NCBI GenBank assembly: GCA_035291225.1
Contig: DATDSO010000004.1
Span: forward strand, 490,765-554,764
DNA length: 64,000 nt
Direction: 5' to 3'
DNA from: an archaeon
GTDB taxonomy: Archaea; Aenigmatarchaeota; Aenigmatarchaeia; Aenigmatarchaeales; JACQIB01
Made by a program: the position numbers and the translations under genes. The first letter of the stretch is position 1. Every line of letters begins with the position of its first letter. Positions 28,001 to 37,334 of this stretch are shown piece by piece. The notes beneath the pieces were generated by a model. It was not told where the DNA came from. It ran no database searches and saw only the letters and a list, made by a program, of their open reading frames with translations.

Positions 28001-28806
28001 AGGCTTGCCGGCGCGCACAGACCACGGCCAGTTGGATTATTCCATACACATTCATCTCCGTAATTCTGACAAAATCTTCCGCGGCCACATGGAATATTTC
28101 CCATCTCGCTGATTGAAGAAAGGTTTATTTGCGATGCATCTTCGAAGTCCACTATAGTTATTGGAACTTTTATCTGGGTAAATTTGGGCCCCAGAGAGCT
28201 AGGTAAAAGCTCTGAGTCAATGAAATCTTCTCGCGGTCCGCATCCCGCCGTTACACAATAAGCCCCCGATTCTGCAGGTAAAATAAAATTACCGGCTTCT
28301 GCATCAAGGCCTTCTTTTCCCGAGCTTGTGTCGGTGTCTTTACAATCCTTCCACCCAGCAATGTTGCATCCATCGCCCATAAATTGTTTCATAACAAGAG
28401 CATTCATGCCAAAATCCCCACCCTCACTCGGACAAAAGCCCTTTACAATTGAAATTCCTGCACGCATTTCTTTTTGAGAACCTTTATTGCAGTTTAGATT
28501 GAATGCATTTATCTTGACATTTTCGCCAGCATCGAATATTTTGAGGTCACCTGTTGGGTTGAACTGGCGCTTTGAAGGCGGAATTATTTCAATTCTATGC
28601 CTGTCGGTCGCAAATGTAAAAAAGCCCGCCGACTCAGAGAAACTTTCTTTAGCCGGTGCAGGAGCGTTGAGATGATTTTTTCCAAAGCTGGCGAAGTCTT
28701 CAGAATTTCCGAAAATAAATGCGGCCGCAGCAAAAATTGCAATAACAATTGTTGCAATAGCAACCGGATTGTGTTTTTCAGGTACTCCACTGCTCATAGA
28801 CATCAT
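25021..28806 (-). CDS. Very large surface protein with multiple Ig-like repeats and a C-terminal TM anchor
   Basis: N-terminal hydrophobic segment; repeated DxxPP...DxxGN units; Cys-rich N-terminal region; TM near the C-terminus. Confidence 0.8.
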   Translation of the reverse strand: MMSMSSGVPEKHNPVAIATIVIAIFAAAAFIFGNSEDFASFGKNHLNAPAPAKESFSESAGFFTFATDRHRIEIIPPSKRQFNPTGDLKIFDAGENVKINAFNLNCNKGSQKEMRAGISIVKGFCPSEGGDFGMNALVMKQFMGDGCNIAGWKDCKDTDTSSGKEGLDAEAGNFILPAESGAYCVTAGCGPREDFIDSELLPSSLGPKFTQIKVPITIVDFEDASQINLSSISEMGNIPCGRGRFCQNYGDECVWNNPTGRGLCAPASLSKKEERVEETVPAVADKTPPEIILLSAPATAWYDTDFSVKFSIREDVGKLNSDTIVATANLEQRCGSTQIVAKQPSLYNVEFKNCKTRSSDVGKDLKFKISASNTAGKKNSYETNVSIVGKPADTDTKPPRCVLSVGRGESNSVTPNDPATLRISCEDDYKTEGDLIGQLGSIEVFVVSGSLEESISKIGSQKPIGTNIFDGEFSCGRDCRQKVFGGDQQEQNFTYKVFVKDFAGHFEKFETEFRVKDVQPPTCSIYYNTEGDINSAPVKAGRGEKVIVHTKCFDNLSLKKIRFYADYVKQDGTEKESDGTPFSLQNNNPQQVIEFAVQIPADAKSNSKVIWYISAEDNDGNFANVPIYGSIIVKDFEPPRVEKIDSVRKIIFDGANFSVFLTASDNVELGLVKIQARKIGGNFEDVQSFNLIRKKVWNFPLEIPASWYSQKLSGQTEFEWKLYLSDKEGNTIQTDYSGTFNVKPSCAERKSISYLDLTSTNAAEYNPGDKISFSASFKNNYTEPNSDCGALVAAMLKLNATTSDGTLKLLSGTTPSGSLEAADFEITLPKPSAEENLMPGDIVSWKIKAWDASGNSIETDEKYFKVKDSESPIIRFEGLPEKVSSSQALKIKICVSDWNRASATSKIEALVGGSRLFSKDINLTTSSGTEDCDIVEYVTDSNLKENSELLFTFTAVDSAGNRALKNQKVRVMNPPQWTENRSPQKAKPNQNIVFSKYWKDDSPLKKAEFWMDFGSGLHKVQTFVFEKPITEGWVNFEQKMPKISEKNITWQMKVEDVFGNVGESDPEIGVGEDIAAPEILELGQSADEIYKSWSNFLRFKGRDDIELESATIYIKEPVDADFKFYASQNLNGLEASTAFEWKNENLIEGNIGWYLVVKDSNGNEVKTETKSFTVSLKEAPTGATPPTAPKITTSNIRKIVPRVESGKITQESGKESPPIDFGTLVLIIGGVVVLILILTYRRQIISSVSPRPWRVPHTNSE

Positions 28807-28880
28807 AAACAGATTTAATCGGCGCGTTTATAAAGATTTGGAGATTTCTTGGAAGTTTTATCAGAAGATTTACTACATAT

Positions 28881-30239
28881 TTAAAAATCTCGATTGCCTA
28901 TATGTGAAACTTTTCCAACCAAGTGTTTGTTCTCAACTCCGGAAATTTTCGCATCCACAAACTCCCCCAACAAATTCTTTTCGATTTCAATCAGCACAGG
29001 CCTGTAAGCAAAATTCCTTCCGATGAATTGCCCTGCTGATTTCCCTTTTTCTGAAACCAAAATTTCTCCCGACCATCTAATCCAAGCCTTATTTTTTTCC
29101 GCAGAAATTCTGTCGCATAATTCTGTGGCCGCGCGCGTCCTGTCCTTCACAATTTCTGTTGGAACTTTTTTCATTTTTGCCGCTGCTGTTCCACCCCTAT
29201 GACCATAGGCGGAAATATTAACATAATCAAATTTTATTTTTTCCAGAACTTTTAGAGTATCTTCGAATTGCTTTTCTGTTTCTTCTGGAAAGCCCACGAT
29301 TATATCTGTCCATATTGTAATCTGCGGAAACTCTTTTCTGAAAGCGGAAACTATTTTCTGGAATTGTGAAACAGTATAATGGCGGTTCATTCTTGCCAGA
29401 ACTCTGTCATTTCCAGATTGAATTGGCAGATGCAAAAATTTGTAAATTTTTTCGCTCTTGTAAGCTTTTATAAGTTGCGGAAGAATTTTCAGAATTCCGT
29501 CGGGGTTTGCCATTCCATTTCGTACGCGAAAGTTTCCTTGTATCGAGCAAACATTTTTTAAAAGCTCTGGTAGGCTGAATGCACTTCTATCAGAACCATA
29601 AACGGCATTATCCTGTGAAGTGAGCCAGACTTCCCTGCAACCCTGTTTCAGCGAATTTTTTACGTCTTTAACAATCGCACCCTGAGAAAAACTTTTTGTA
29701 TTTCCTTTCGCAAGCTTTGTTGCGCAAAAGGTGCAGCGGCTGTTGCAGCCATCCAAAATCTGAACAATATTGACAATTGGATTGAAGCGGATTTTTGGAA
29801 GCAAAGGCTTTTCTAATTCTGATTTTTCTAAAAATTCCACGCGGCCGCCGGAAAAAGTTTTTTGCGCAATTTCAACAACTTTATCAATATTATGCGTGCT
29901 CAACAAACTTGCATTCGGAGAGGCTTTTAAAATTTTTTCTTTTCCAGGTTGAGCCATGCAGCCGGCAACAATAATCTTTTTGCTTCCATTGAGCTTGCGC
30001 AGGCGGTGCAAAATTTTCTGCTCGGTCACATGCTTTACATAGCAAGTATTAAGCAAAATTGTATCAGCTTCATTTTCATTTTTCACGATTTGAAAATTTT
30101 CTTTTGCAAGCAGGCCAGCCATTGCCTCGCTCTCAGCTTGGTTTGCAGAGCAGCCATAAGTTTCCAGAAAAATCTTTTGAGGGTTTTTCTGCCTCGCAGA
30201 ATCTTTCAGATTCTGCCGATCCAGAAGAATTTTTTTCAT
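28881..30239 (-). CDS. MiaB-family radical SAM tRNA methylthiotransferase (archaeal e-MtaB type)
   Basis: ETYGCSAN, NTCYVK, AGCM, GCNSRCTFC, HLPIQSG, TRAM domain. Confidence 0.92.
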   Translation of the reverse strand: MKKILLDRQNLKDSARQKNPQKIFLETYGCSANQAESEAMAGLLAKENFQIVKNENEADTILLNTCYVKHVTEQKILHRLRKLNGSKKIIVAGCMAQPGKEKILKASPNASLLSTHNIDKVVEIAQKTFSGGRVEFLEKSELEKPLLPKIRFNPIVNIVQILDGCNSRCTFCATKLAKGNTKSFSQGAIVKDVKNSLKQGCREVWLTSQDNAVYGSDRSAFSLPELLKNVCSIQGNFRVRNGMANPDGILKILPQLIKAYKSEKIYKFLHLPIQSGNDRVLARMNRHYTVSQFQKIVSAFRKEFPQITIWTDIIVGFPEETEKQFEDTLKVLEKIKFDYVNISAYGHRGGTAAAKMKKVPTEIVKDRTRAATELCDRISAEKNKAWIRWSGEILVSEKGKSAGQFIGRNFAYRPVLIEIEKNLLGEFVDAKISGVENKHLVGKVSHIGNRDF

Positions 30240-30245
30240 AGCAAT

Positions 30246-30734
30246 CTATTTTTCTTTCTGCTCTTTCGCGGGCTTTGAAATGCGGCCTTTTTCATAAGTG
30301 TGTATGAGCTTCTCAAGTTCAAGCGCGATTTTTCTCGGGTTTTTAATACCAAGCATTTGAATTGCTTCCGAGCCTGATGTTGGACCGATGGCAATGGTAC
30401 CGTAATTCAAAAACCGCGCGAAGTATCCCTGCTTTACATTCACATCTGAAATGCTGCTGAGGAAAACGCTGTCACGTTTTTTTTGTATTATGCCATGCTC
30501 AATTACAACTTGGCTCGGCGTGATTTTGTATGAGTGGCTGAAGCGGAAAACTTCGACATAAACTATAAAAAATGCGATTACACCGAAAATCGCGTATGCA
30601 GTAAGTGCATGCATTGCAAAGCCAAGAGCCGGCAGGAAAAAATATAGAGCTGCGAAAACCGCTGCTATCAAATAATCTTTAAGAAAAAATATTCGGCTGG
30701 GTTTTATGCTGTAGATTGGAACTTCAATTGGCAT
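30246..30734 (-). CDS. Membrane protein with bacterial PH (bPH_2) domain
   Basis: Two TM helices, then YKIT...HGII...ISDVNVKQG..ARFLNYGTI. Confidence 0.8.
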   Translation of the reverse strand: MPIEVPIYSIKPSRIFFLKDYLIAAVFAALYFFLPALGFAMHALTAYAIFGVIAFFIVYVEVFRFSHSYKITPSQVVIEHGIIQKKRDSVFLSSISDVNVKQGYFARFLNYGTIAIGPTSGSEAIQMLGIKNPRKIALELEKLIHTYEKGRISKPAKEQKEK

Positions 30735-30786
30735 GGGAATTTTTGATTTTCTGAAAATATAAATACATGAAAGTGGATGAGTTTCT

Positions 30787-31602
30787 ATGCAATCTGCGAA
30801 AATCGCAATCATCGGCGGCTCTGGAGTTTACGCTATTGAGGATTTGAAAAATGTTGAAGAGGTTTCTGTTGAAACTCCATTTGGCCCGCCATCGGACAAA
30901 ATTATTCTCGGAGATATTGGGAGCAGGCGAGTTGCTTTTCTGAGCAGGCACGGGCGCGGGCATATTTTCCCGCCGCATTTGGTGAATTACCGCGCAAATA
31001 TTTATGCGCTGAAAAAACTTGGAGTGGAAAGGATTTTTGCTGTAAATGCGTGCGGCTCTCTAAGGGAAGATTTTGTTCCGGGAGAAATTGTAATACTTGA
31101 CCAATTTATTGACTGTACGAAATCGCGTGTGTCAACTTTTTTTGAGGGAAAAAATAAAGAAGGCGAGTTCAATGGAGCATGCCATATTTCTGTCGCAGAT
31201 CCATTTTGTCCGGGCTTGAGGAAAAAATTAATTTCAGCGGCGGAAAAATTAAATATTTCGCACAAGCCTGCCGGCACTTACATTTGCATTGAGGGCCCGC
31301 GTTTTTCAACGCGCGCGGAAAGTAAAGCTTTCCAAAAAATGGGCGCGGATATTATTGGAATGACTCTTGTGCCGGAAGCTGTTTTGGCAAGAGAAATGGA
31401 AATATGCTATGTTTCGCTCGCGCTCAATACAGACTATGATTGCTGGAAAACTGACCGCGAGCCTGTTTCGCACCATGAAGTTTTGGAAATGGTTAAGGGA
31501 AATGTTTCAAAAGCAAAAAAACTTTTATTTTATGTTATTCCAGAGCTGCCGGAAGAGCGCGCGTGCGGCTGTGGGAAAGCGCGTGAGAATGCGATGATGT
31601 GA
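30787..31602 (+). CDS. mtnP: S-methyl-5'-thioadenosine phosphorylase
   Basis: IAIIGGSG, TPFGPPSD, RHGRGH, EGPRFSTRAES, GMT, TDYD. Confidence 0.95.
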   Translation: MQSAKIAIIGGSGVYAIEDLKNVEEVSVETPFGPPSDKIILGDIGSRRVAFLSRHGRGHIFPPHLVNYRANIYALKKLGVERIFAVNACGSLREDFVPGEIVILDQFIDCTKSRVSTFFEGKNKEGEFNGACHISVADPFCPGLRKKLISAAEKLNISHKPAGTYICIEGPRFSTRAESKAFQKMGADIIGMTLVPEAVLAREMEICYVSLALNTDYDCWKTDREPVSHHEVLEMVKGNVSKAKKLLFYVIPELPEERACGCGKARENAMM

Positions 31603-31705
31603 TCTGTAGAAAGCTTCTTAAAGATTTTCTTTCTCGGCAGCTGACGTTGCAGTGTCAGATAGGTTTAAATAGAATCAAATCAATTACTATATTGAGGTAA
31701 TAAGT

Positions 31706-32572
31706 ATGTCACGCCAGATGATTGAAAACGCCACCTTTTACCTGACTCCTGAGCTTACCAAAGTGAGGGAGAAGGTAATTCACAGCAGCGGCGAAGAGAA
31801 GTTTGCGGCAGAAGACATTTTGAGAAGATATGAAGAGCTTACCCAATCAGAGGAAAGAATAAATAAGGATATCTTATATCGCTTGGCGCAAGATGTAGTC
31901 GGCTTTGATGCGCAGGATTGCAGATTCGAAAGAAGTGAGGAATATAGAAGAGTTAAAGATGATTTATACGAGCAAAGAGGAATGCAGGAGAAAAAAATAG
32001 AAGAAAATAAAAAACGGGCGCTGGATGATTTGACTGCCGAGAAAACAATGTGGGACAAATTCAGCCCGTGGGCAACGAGAGGAATAGCGGCGCTTGTCGG
32101 TTACTTCGGTACAAAACTTGCTGTGGCGGGCGGAGGTAAAGTAGTTTCTGACATTGAAGACCTGCCAGTCATGACAGCTCTTGCTGCGGTTGGAGCAATT
32201 GAGGGAGGTCTGCGAATTTCCAGAAATCGCGCTCAAAGGAGAATAACGAATAATTATTATAAGCAGATGCAGGAGCTTGAAAAAGAATTTTCAGAAGGAA
32301 CATCAAATATTGATTCTTGGCTTTCTGAACAAAAAAGAAAAATATATTTACGCTCAGATGAAAAGCTTAGAAAAGTTTATGAAATATGTTATGGTCTCGA
32401 GGCGGCGAAAAATTTACCACCACAGAGCGCGGTTGAATTTGATGAAGCAGCGCTCCATAAGCATCGTGTGGAGGATGAAGCTCCGGAAGCTGCAGCTTTG
32501 AAAAAAGTTAGGCCGGAAGACATTTCAGCAAGAGCCAGGGCTATAAGGGAAGATTTAAAAAGAGGGAAATGA
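31706..32572 (+). CDS. Hypothetical coiled-coil protein with two hydrophobic segments
   Basis: TATA-like element and GAGGT SD; 288-aa ORF. Confidence 0.65.
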   Translation: MSRQMIENATFYLTPELTKVREKVIHSSGEEKFAAEDILRRYEELTQSEERINKDILYRLAQDVVGFDAQDCRFERSEEYRRVKDDLYEQRGMQEKKIEENKKRALDDLTAEKTMWDKFSPWATRGIAALVGYFGTKLAVAGGGKVVSDIEDLPVMTALAAVGAIEGGLRISRNRAQRRITNNYYKQMQELEKEFSEGTSNIDSWLSEQKRKIYLRSDEKLRKVYEICYGLEAAKNLPPQSAVEFDEAALHKHRVEDEAPEAAALKKVRPEDISARARAIREDLKRGK

Positions 32573-32583
32573 AGTGATTAATT

Positions 32584-32955
32584 ATGGGGCTTTACTTAAT
32601 TGGTTTCTCAGATTCGCCAAAAAGGTCGTCAGAAGTTGTGGGTGAAACAGTTAAAGCCATACGAGAGGCTCAGCAGGCGTTGCGAGAAAGATTAAGACCT
32701 TACGAAGTTGTCGGACAACCGGGAGTTTATGCAAATGGCGCACATAAAGAAACCGTCGCAGCTGGCGGAACCGCCCCTTACTTGAGGCCGGCGCAGGCAG
32801 ATCCTCAAGCAGAAGCATGCTCCACAGAACTTATGAGGCAGATAAGAGATTTGAGGAAATATTGCGAAAGAGAGCAGATACCGATTCCTACTGAACTTGC
32901 AGATGCTGAACTCACTCAAAGAAGAATGTGCGGCCTGCTCGCAGATGGATTGTAA
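32584..32955 (+). CDS. Hypothetical protein
   Basis: 11 nt after the previous gene, same strand. Confidence 0.55.
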   Translation: MGLYLIGFSDSPKRSSEVVGETVKAIREAQQALRERLRPYEVVGQPGVYANGAHKETVAAGGTAPYLRPAQADPQAEACSTELMRQIRDLRKYCEREQIPIPTELADAELTQRRMCGLLADGL

Positions 32956-32958
32956 TTT

Positions 32959-33645
32959 TTATTTCTCCACCAATCTCGCGTCCGCAACCAAATATCCAGA
33001 AGAAGTTTTTCTGTCCCAAATTTTTTCTTTTGCTTCAAAGGAAATTTTTTTATTGTAAAGCGGGCAGTCCAGAACAAGAGATTCAAATTCCCCGCCCTCG
33101 CCCACCGGGCTTATTCCGGTTTTTTTATTTAGCTCTAAAAGTTCCTCAACTGCTTTTGAGTCAAGTTCGCGGCCGAGCCATTTTTCTCCAAGACCGTCAG
33201 CGGAAACGCTTACGAAAATAATTTTAAATCCCTCGGACAAAAGCCCGAGCAAATGCTCTTTCGGGTTAATTCCCCAGAGCGGTGCTATCATTTTCAATCC
33301 AAGCTCATTGCAAATTTTTTCAATTCTGCTTCCTTGGTATTTTGAAGAAAGCCCGCCGCAAATAATTCCCTCAACATTAAATTTTTTCTTTGCGTTGGAA
33401 ATTAAATTTTTCAAATCCTCAAGCTCTTCCTCTTTTTTTCCCGCGCTCTCGGCTGTCAAGTGCGGCATGCCCATTGCTTCTGCCGCGAGCCTGCTGAGCT
33501 CAATGTTGCGCGTGTGAAACATGTAGCTGTCTTCGTTCCTGCTGAAAATTGTAAGGCAGGCGCAAACCTCATGCCCCATTTTTTTCGCAAGATAAATCGC
33601 GCGGACGCTGTCTTTCCCGCCGGACAAAAGAGCTGCGCATTTCAT
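32959..33645 (-). CDS. dph6: Diphthine-ammonia ligase (Dph6/MJ0570 family PP-loop ATPase)
   Basis: LLSGGKDS, DSYMFH, APLW, GEGGEFESLVLDCP. Confidence 0.85.
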   Translation of the reverse strand: MKCAALLSGGKDSVRAIYLAKKMGHEVCACLTIFSRNEDSYMFHTRNIELSRLAAEAMGMPHLTAESAGKKEEELEDLKNLISNAKKKFNVEGIICGGLSSKYQGSRIEKICNELGLKMIAPLWGINPKEHLLGLLSEGFKIIFVSVSADGLGEKWLGRELDSKAVEELLELNKKTGISPVGEGGEFESLVLDCPLYNKKISFEAKEKIWDRKTSSGYLVADARLVEK

Positions 33646-33760
33646 AGAAAATTTTATTGGAGAAGAAAGTTATAAAGATTTTAATTTCTCCTGCCGCGTG
33701 AAAACAAGCTTTATAAATCCCCTTTATAAACCTTTATTGCGCAGTAAAATCGGTGTTCTC

Positions 33761-34309
33761 ATGAGTTATCATATAAAAATTGAAAACGTTGTTGCTTCTG
33801 CAATTCTCCACTGCACAATAAAGCTGGAGAAAGTTGTTTCCATGATGGAGGGAATTGAATACGAGCCTGAGCAGTTTCCGGGGGTTGTCTACAGAATGAA
33901 AAATCCGAAAGCGGCTGCGCTGATTTTCGGCTCGGGAAAACTTGTCTGCACAGGAACAACAAGCCCCGGAATGGCAAAGGAAGTTGTCGCGCGAGTTGTG
34001 CGCGACCTGCGAAAAATCGGTACAAAAGTTCCGCATAAATATGATGTGCGCATGGAAAATATTGTCGCGTCCGCAAAAATTGAGCAGGAAGTAAATCTGG
34101 ATGAGATCGCTTTCACTTTGGAAAATACTGAATATGAACCCGAGCAGTTCCCAGGATTGGTTTTCAGAATGACTGAGCCGAAAGTTACTTTCCTTCTTTT
34201 CACTTCCGGAAAAGTTATCTGCACGGGGGCGCGCTCTGTTGCTGATGTCGGGCGCGCTGTTGAAAAATTGGATAAGAGACTAAGGCTGATGAAGAGGACT
34301 GGGAAGTAG
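33761..34309 (+). CDS. tbp: TATA-box binding protein
   Basis: Two repeats of ENxVAS...YEPEQFPG...LxF.SGK.xCTG. Confidence 0.98.
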   Translation: MSYHIKIENVVASAILHCTIKLEKVVSMMEGIEYEPEQFPGVVYRMKNPKAAALIFGSGKLVCTGTTSPGMAKEVVARVVRDLRKIGTKVPHKYDVRMENIVASAKIEQEVNLDEIAFTLENTEYEPEQFPGLVFRMTEPKVTFLLFTSGKVICTGARSVADVGRAVEKLDKRLRLMKRTGK

Positions 34310-34396
34310 AATTTCTATTAACCACTCTTCCGCCTCAACTTCTTATGGAAAGAAAACTTAAATACTTTGAGCCCGCAATAATTTCTGTTTGAATGA

Positions 34397-34468
34397 AGCT
34401 CGCACGCAGGGTGCTCACTTCGTTCACACCCCGCACCCCTATCATATGCGTGTTCGCAAACTGATGTG
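34397..34468 (+). repeat. Hairpin element copy carrying a tRNA-Arg-intron-like insert
   Basis: AGCTCG-CACGCA...TGCGTG-TTCGC-AAACTGATGTG; 34405-34445 matches 13813-13853 at 37/41. Confidence 0.75.
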
Positions 34469-34493
34469 TAAAAAATATTAAAAAAAGATTTCT

Positions 34494-36524
34494 ATGCCAG
34501 CTATAGCAAAAGTTTCCGAGGGTGGCGAAGTTTTGCAGTTTGAAGAATTTTTCCGGCAGTTTTACGAAAAAGAATTTCTGGAAGCCGCGCGCGAAGGAAG
34601 AAAAGCAGTTTCAATTGATTTTTCCCTTCTGGATAAATTTGACCCAAACCTTGCGGACAAACTTTTGAATGACCCGAAAAATATTTTGGAAGCTGCAGGG
34701 CTTGCTGTGCAGGGATTGGACTTTCCAGAGGAAAATGTAAAAATTATTCCGCGATTCAAAAATTTTCCAGAAGCTGCTCAAGTGCGCATAAGGGATTTGC
34801 GCGCCCAGCATATTGGAAAATTTATTCAGGTTGATGGAATTGTCAGGCGCGCGAGCGAGGTTCTGCCGGAAGTTTCTGTTGCAATTTTTTCCTGCCCAGA
34901 CTGCGGAAATAAAATTTCCGTTGAGCAGAATGAAAAATTTATAAAACCGCCAGCCTACTGCGACAATGATTCCTGCGGATACAAAGGGAAATTTGAGCTT
35001 GCTGCGCAAAAATTAATTGACTCGCGCAGAATTGTTTTGGAAGAGCCTTATGAAACAACAACAGGCTCGCGCTCCGGAGAAGTTACAATTTATCTTATCG
35101 GCGACATGACAACTCCAGAAATGCAAAGGAAAACTGATCCGGGAAACAGATTGAAAATTACAGGAATAGTAACAGAATTGAGAAAAATTATCAAGGGCTC
35201 AATGAAGCGCCAGTTGGATATTTTTATAGAGGCAAACCATGCAGAGTCTGCTGATATTGAATGGGATGAGGTTACGATTTCAGACGAGGACAAGAAAAGA
35301 ATTTTAGATCTTGCACAAAGGCCAGATGTTTATGACAAACTTGTTGGCTCGCTTGCCCCTTCAATTTTCGGACTGAAAGAAGTCAAGGAGGCAATTCTTC
35401 TGCAGATGTTCGGAGGCGTCCAGCACATTCTTCCCGACAGCACGCGCATCCGCGGGGACATTCACATTTTGCTTTTAGGAGATCCATCAGTAGCAAAATC
35501 TCAATTATTAAAATTAGCAAGCTCAACAATCCCACGCGGAAAATATGCAAGCGGCGGCGGAGTTACAGGGACCGGATTGACCGCGACTGTTTTCAAAGAT
35601 GAGGAGCTTGGGGATTGGGTTTTGGAGGCCGGTGCCTTAGTTCTAGCAAATAAAAGTTTAATGGCGATTGACGAGTTTGATAAAATTGATAGAGAAGATT
35701 TATCCCGTTTGCACGAGGCTCTTGAGCAGCAAACGATTTCAATTGCAAAAGCTTCCATTGTCGCAACACTGCCTGCGCAGGTTTCTGTTCTTGCCGGCGC
35801 GAATCCAACATTCGGAAGGTTTGATCCGCTGAAGCCTATGGCAGAGCAAACAAAAATTCCAGAAACTTTGCTTTCGCGTTTTGATGTGAAATTTGCTTTG
35901 CGCGATGTGCCGGACCGCGAGCGCGACGAGCGCTTGGCATCGCACATTTTGGAAACGCGCATGCACCCGGAAAAAATTGAGCCGGAAATTTCCACTGATT
36001 TGTTGAGAAAATATATTGCTTACGCGCGAAAATTCTGCCATCCTAAAATGACGCGCGATGCAATTGAAATGCTGAAAAAATTTTACTTGGATATGCGCGG
36101 AATGTCTGGAGGCTCTGGAACAATTGCAATTACTCTCAGGCAAAATGAAGCTCTCATGAGATTGTCCGAGGCTTCTGCAAAAATTCGGCTGGGAGAGAAT
36201 GTCGAAGTGGCTGATGCAGAGCGCGCGATTTACATCATGAAAGAAAGTTTGCGCCAGCTCGCGCTTGATACAGAAACAGGAAAAATTGACATTGATAGGG
36301 TTGAGGGAATTACTCCTGGCTCCCAGCGCCAAAAGATTCACAATGTTATTGACATTATTGAGCGTTTGAGCAAGAGCATGGGAAAGCAAGTGCCGCGCGA
36401 AGAAATTTTGGCTGTTGCGCAGGATGAGGGAATTAAAGAAGAGGATGCGGATGAATTATTGAACAGGCTAAAGAGAGAAGGAATTATTTTCGAGCCAAAG
36501 CAGGGATTTGTGCAGAAGATTTAG
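34494..36524 (+). CDS. mcm: Replicative helicase MCM
   Basis: C4 Zn finger, GDPSVAKSQLL, IDEFDK, LLSRFD Arg finger, C-terminal winged helix. Confidence 0.97.
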   Translation: MPAIAKVSEGGEVLQFEEFFRQFYEKEFLEAAREGRKAVSIDFSLLDKFDPNLADKLLNDPKNILEAAGLAVQGLDFPEENVKIIPRFKNFPEAAQVRIRDLRAQHIGKFIQVDGIVRRASEVLPEVSVAIFSCPDCGNKISVEQNEKFIKPPAYCDNDSCGYKGKFELAAQKLIDSRRIVLEEPYETTTGSRSGEVTIYLIGDMTTPEMQRKTDPGNRLKITGIVTELRKIIKGSMKRQLDIFIEANHAESADIEWDEVTISDEDKKRILDLAQRPDVYDKLVGSLAPSIFGLKEVKEAILLQMFGGVQHILPDSTRIRGDIHILLLGDPSVAKSQLLKLASSTIPRGKYASGGGVTGTGLTATVFKDEELGDWVLEAGALVLANKSLMAIDEFDKIDREDLSRLHEALEQQTISIAKASIVATLPAQVSVLAGANPTFGRFDPLKPMAEQTKIPETLLSRFDVKFALRDVPDRERDERLASHILETRMHPEKIEPEISTDLLRKYIAYARKFCHPKMTRDAIEMLKKFYLDMRGMSGGSGTIAITLRQNEALMRLSEASAKIRLGENVEVADAERAIYIMKESLRQLALDTETGKIDIDRVEGITPGSQRQKIHNVIDIIERLSKSMGKQVPREEILAVAQDEGIKEEDADELLNRLKREGIIFEPKQGFVQKI

Positions 36525-36553
36525 TTTAAATATTTTAAAATTATGTTGATGTT

Positions 36554-37309
36554 ATGGAAAACCGCCGCCTAACCGCAAAAAAAGTTTCTATTGCAGAATT
36601 AATGAGCGGACGCTTTGTGAAAAAAACCGGATTTGACAGCAGCTATGTTCTCACAAATCTTGGAAGAAGGCTGAGCCGTGTGCGCTTGCTCGGGCTGATA
36701 GTTGACAAGTTCAAGCCCGCAGAAGGAACTTGGGCTGCGATAACTTTGGACGATGGCAACGACACGACCCGCGCAAAGGCTTTCCAGAATGTAAAAGTTT
36801 TTGACAAAGTTCTGCCTGGGGATTTGGTTGATGTTATAGGGAAAACCCGCGAGTTCAATGGGGAAATTTATATCGCTCCGGAAATTGTCAGAAAAGTTGA
36901 AGCGAATTTTGAAACTCTCAGGCTTTTGGAATTAAAAAAAATTCAGGAGGTTCAGAAGGAAAAAGTTAAAAAAATCAGCGAGCTGAAAAAGCAGACTGCA
37001 GATGGAGCTGAGCTGAAAACTTTGGCGAAGAAATTTAATTTGTCTGCCGAGGATGTTGACGGAATTTTGGAGGTTGGAGAAATTGCCGAGTCCGCAGAAA
37101 CTGTTGTGGAAAAAAAGGATGAGGCTGCTGAAATAAAAAAGAAAGTCCTTGAGCTTATTTCCACATTAGATAAAGGCGAGGGCGCGGACTACGCGGAAAT
37201 TTCAAAAACTGCTGGAGCGGATGAATCTGTTGTTGATAACGCAATTCAAACTTTGCTTGAAGAGGGAATTTTAATTGAGCCGAAAGCTGGGAGATTGAAG
37301 AAGCTTTAA
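36554..37309 (+). CDS. RPA32-like OB-fold ssDNA-binding protein
   Basis: SRVRLLGLIVDK...LDDG...DVIGK.REF.GEIYI.PE; C-terminal winged helix. Confidence 0.8.
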   Translation: MENRRLTAKKVSIAELMSGRFVKKTGFDSSYVLTNLGRRLSRVRLLGLIVDKFKPAEGTWAAITLDDGNDTTRAKAFQNVKVFDKVLPGDLVDVIGKTREFNGEIYIAPEIVRKVEANFETLRLLELKKIQEVQKEKVKKISELKKQTADGAELKTLAKKFNLSAEDVDGILEVGEIAESAETVVEKKDEAAEIKKKVLELISTLDKGEGADYAEISKTAGADESVVDNAIQTLLEEGILIEPKAGRLKKL

Positions 37310-37334
37310 ATAAACTGAATTTAATTCTCATTCC

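Noticed and set aside
34393..34464. 23-codon ORF or C/D-box sRNA (ATGAAGC...CTGA) upstream of mcm
   Set aside because: Coincides with the hairpin element; box C is imperfect and no C'/D' pair is visible
35478..35510. MCM Walker A GDPSVAKS looks eukaryote-like
   Set aside because: Within normal MCM-family variation; one motif cannot support a transfer claim
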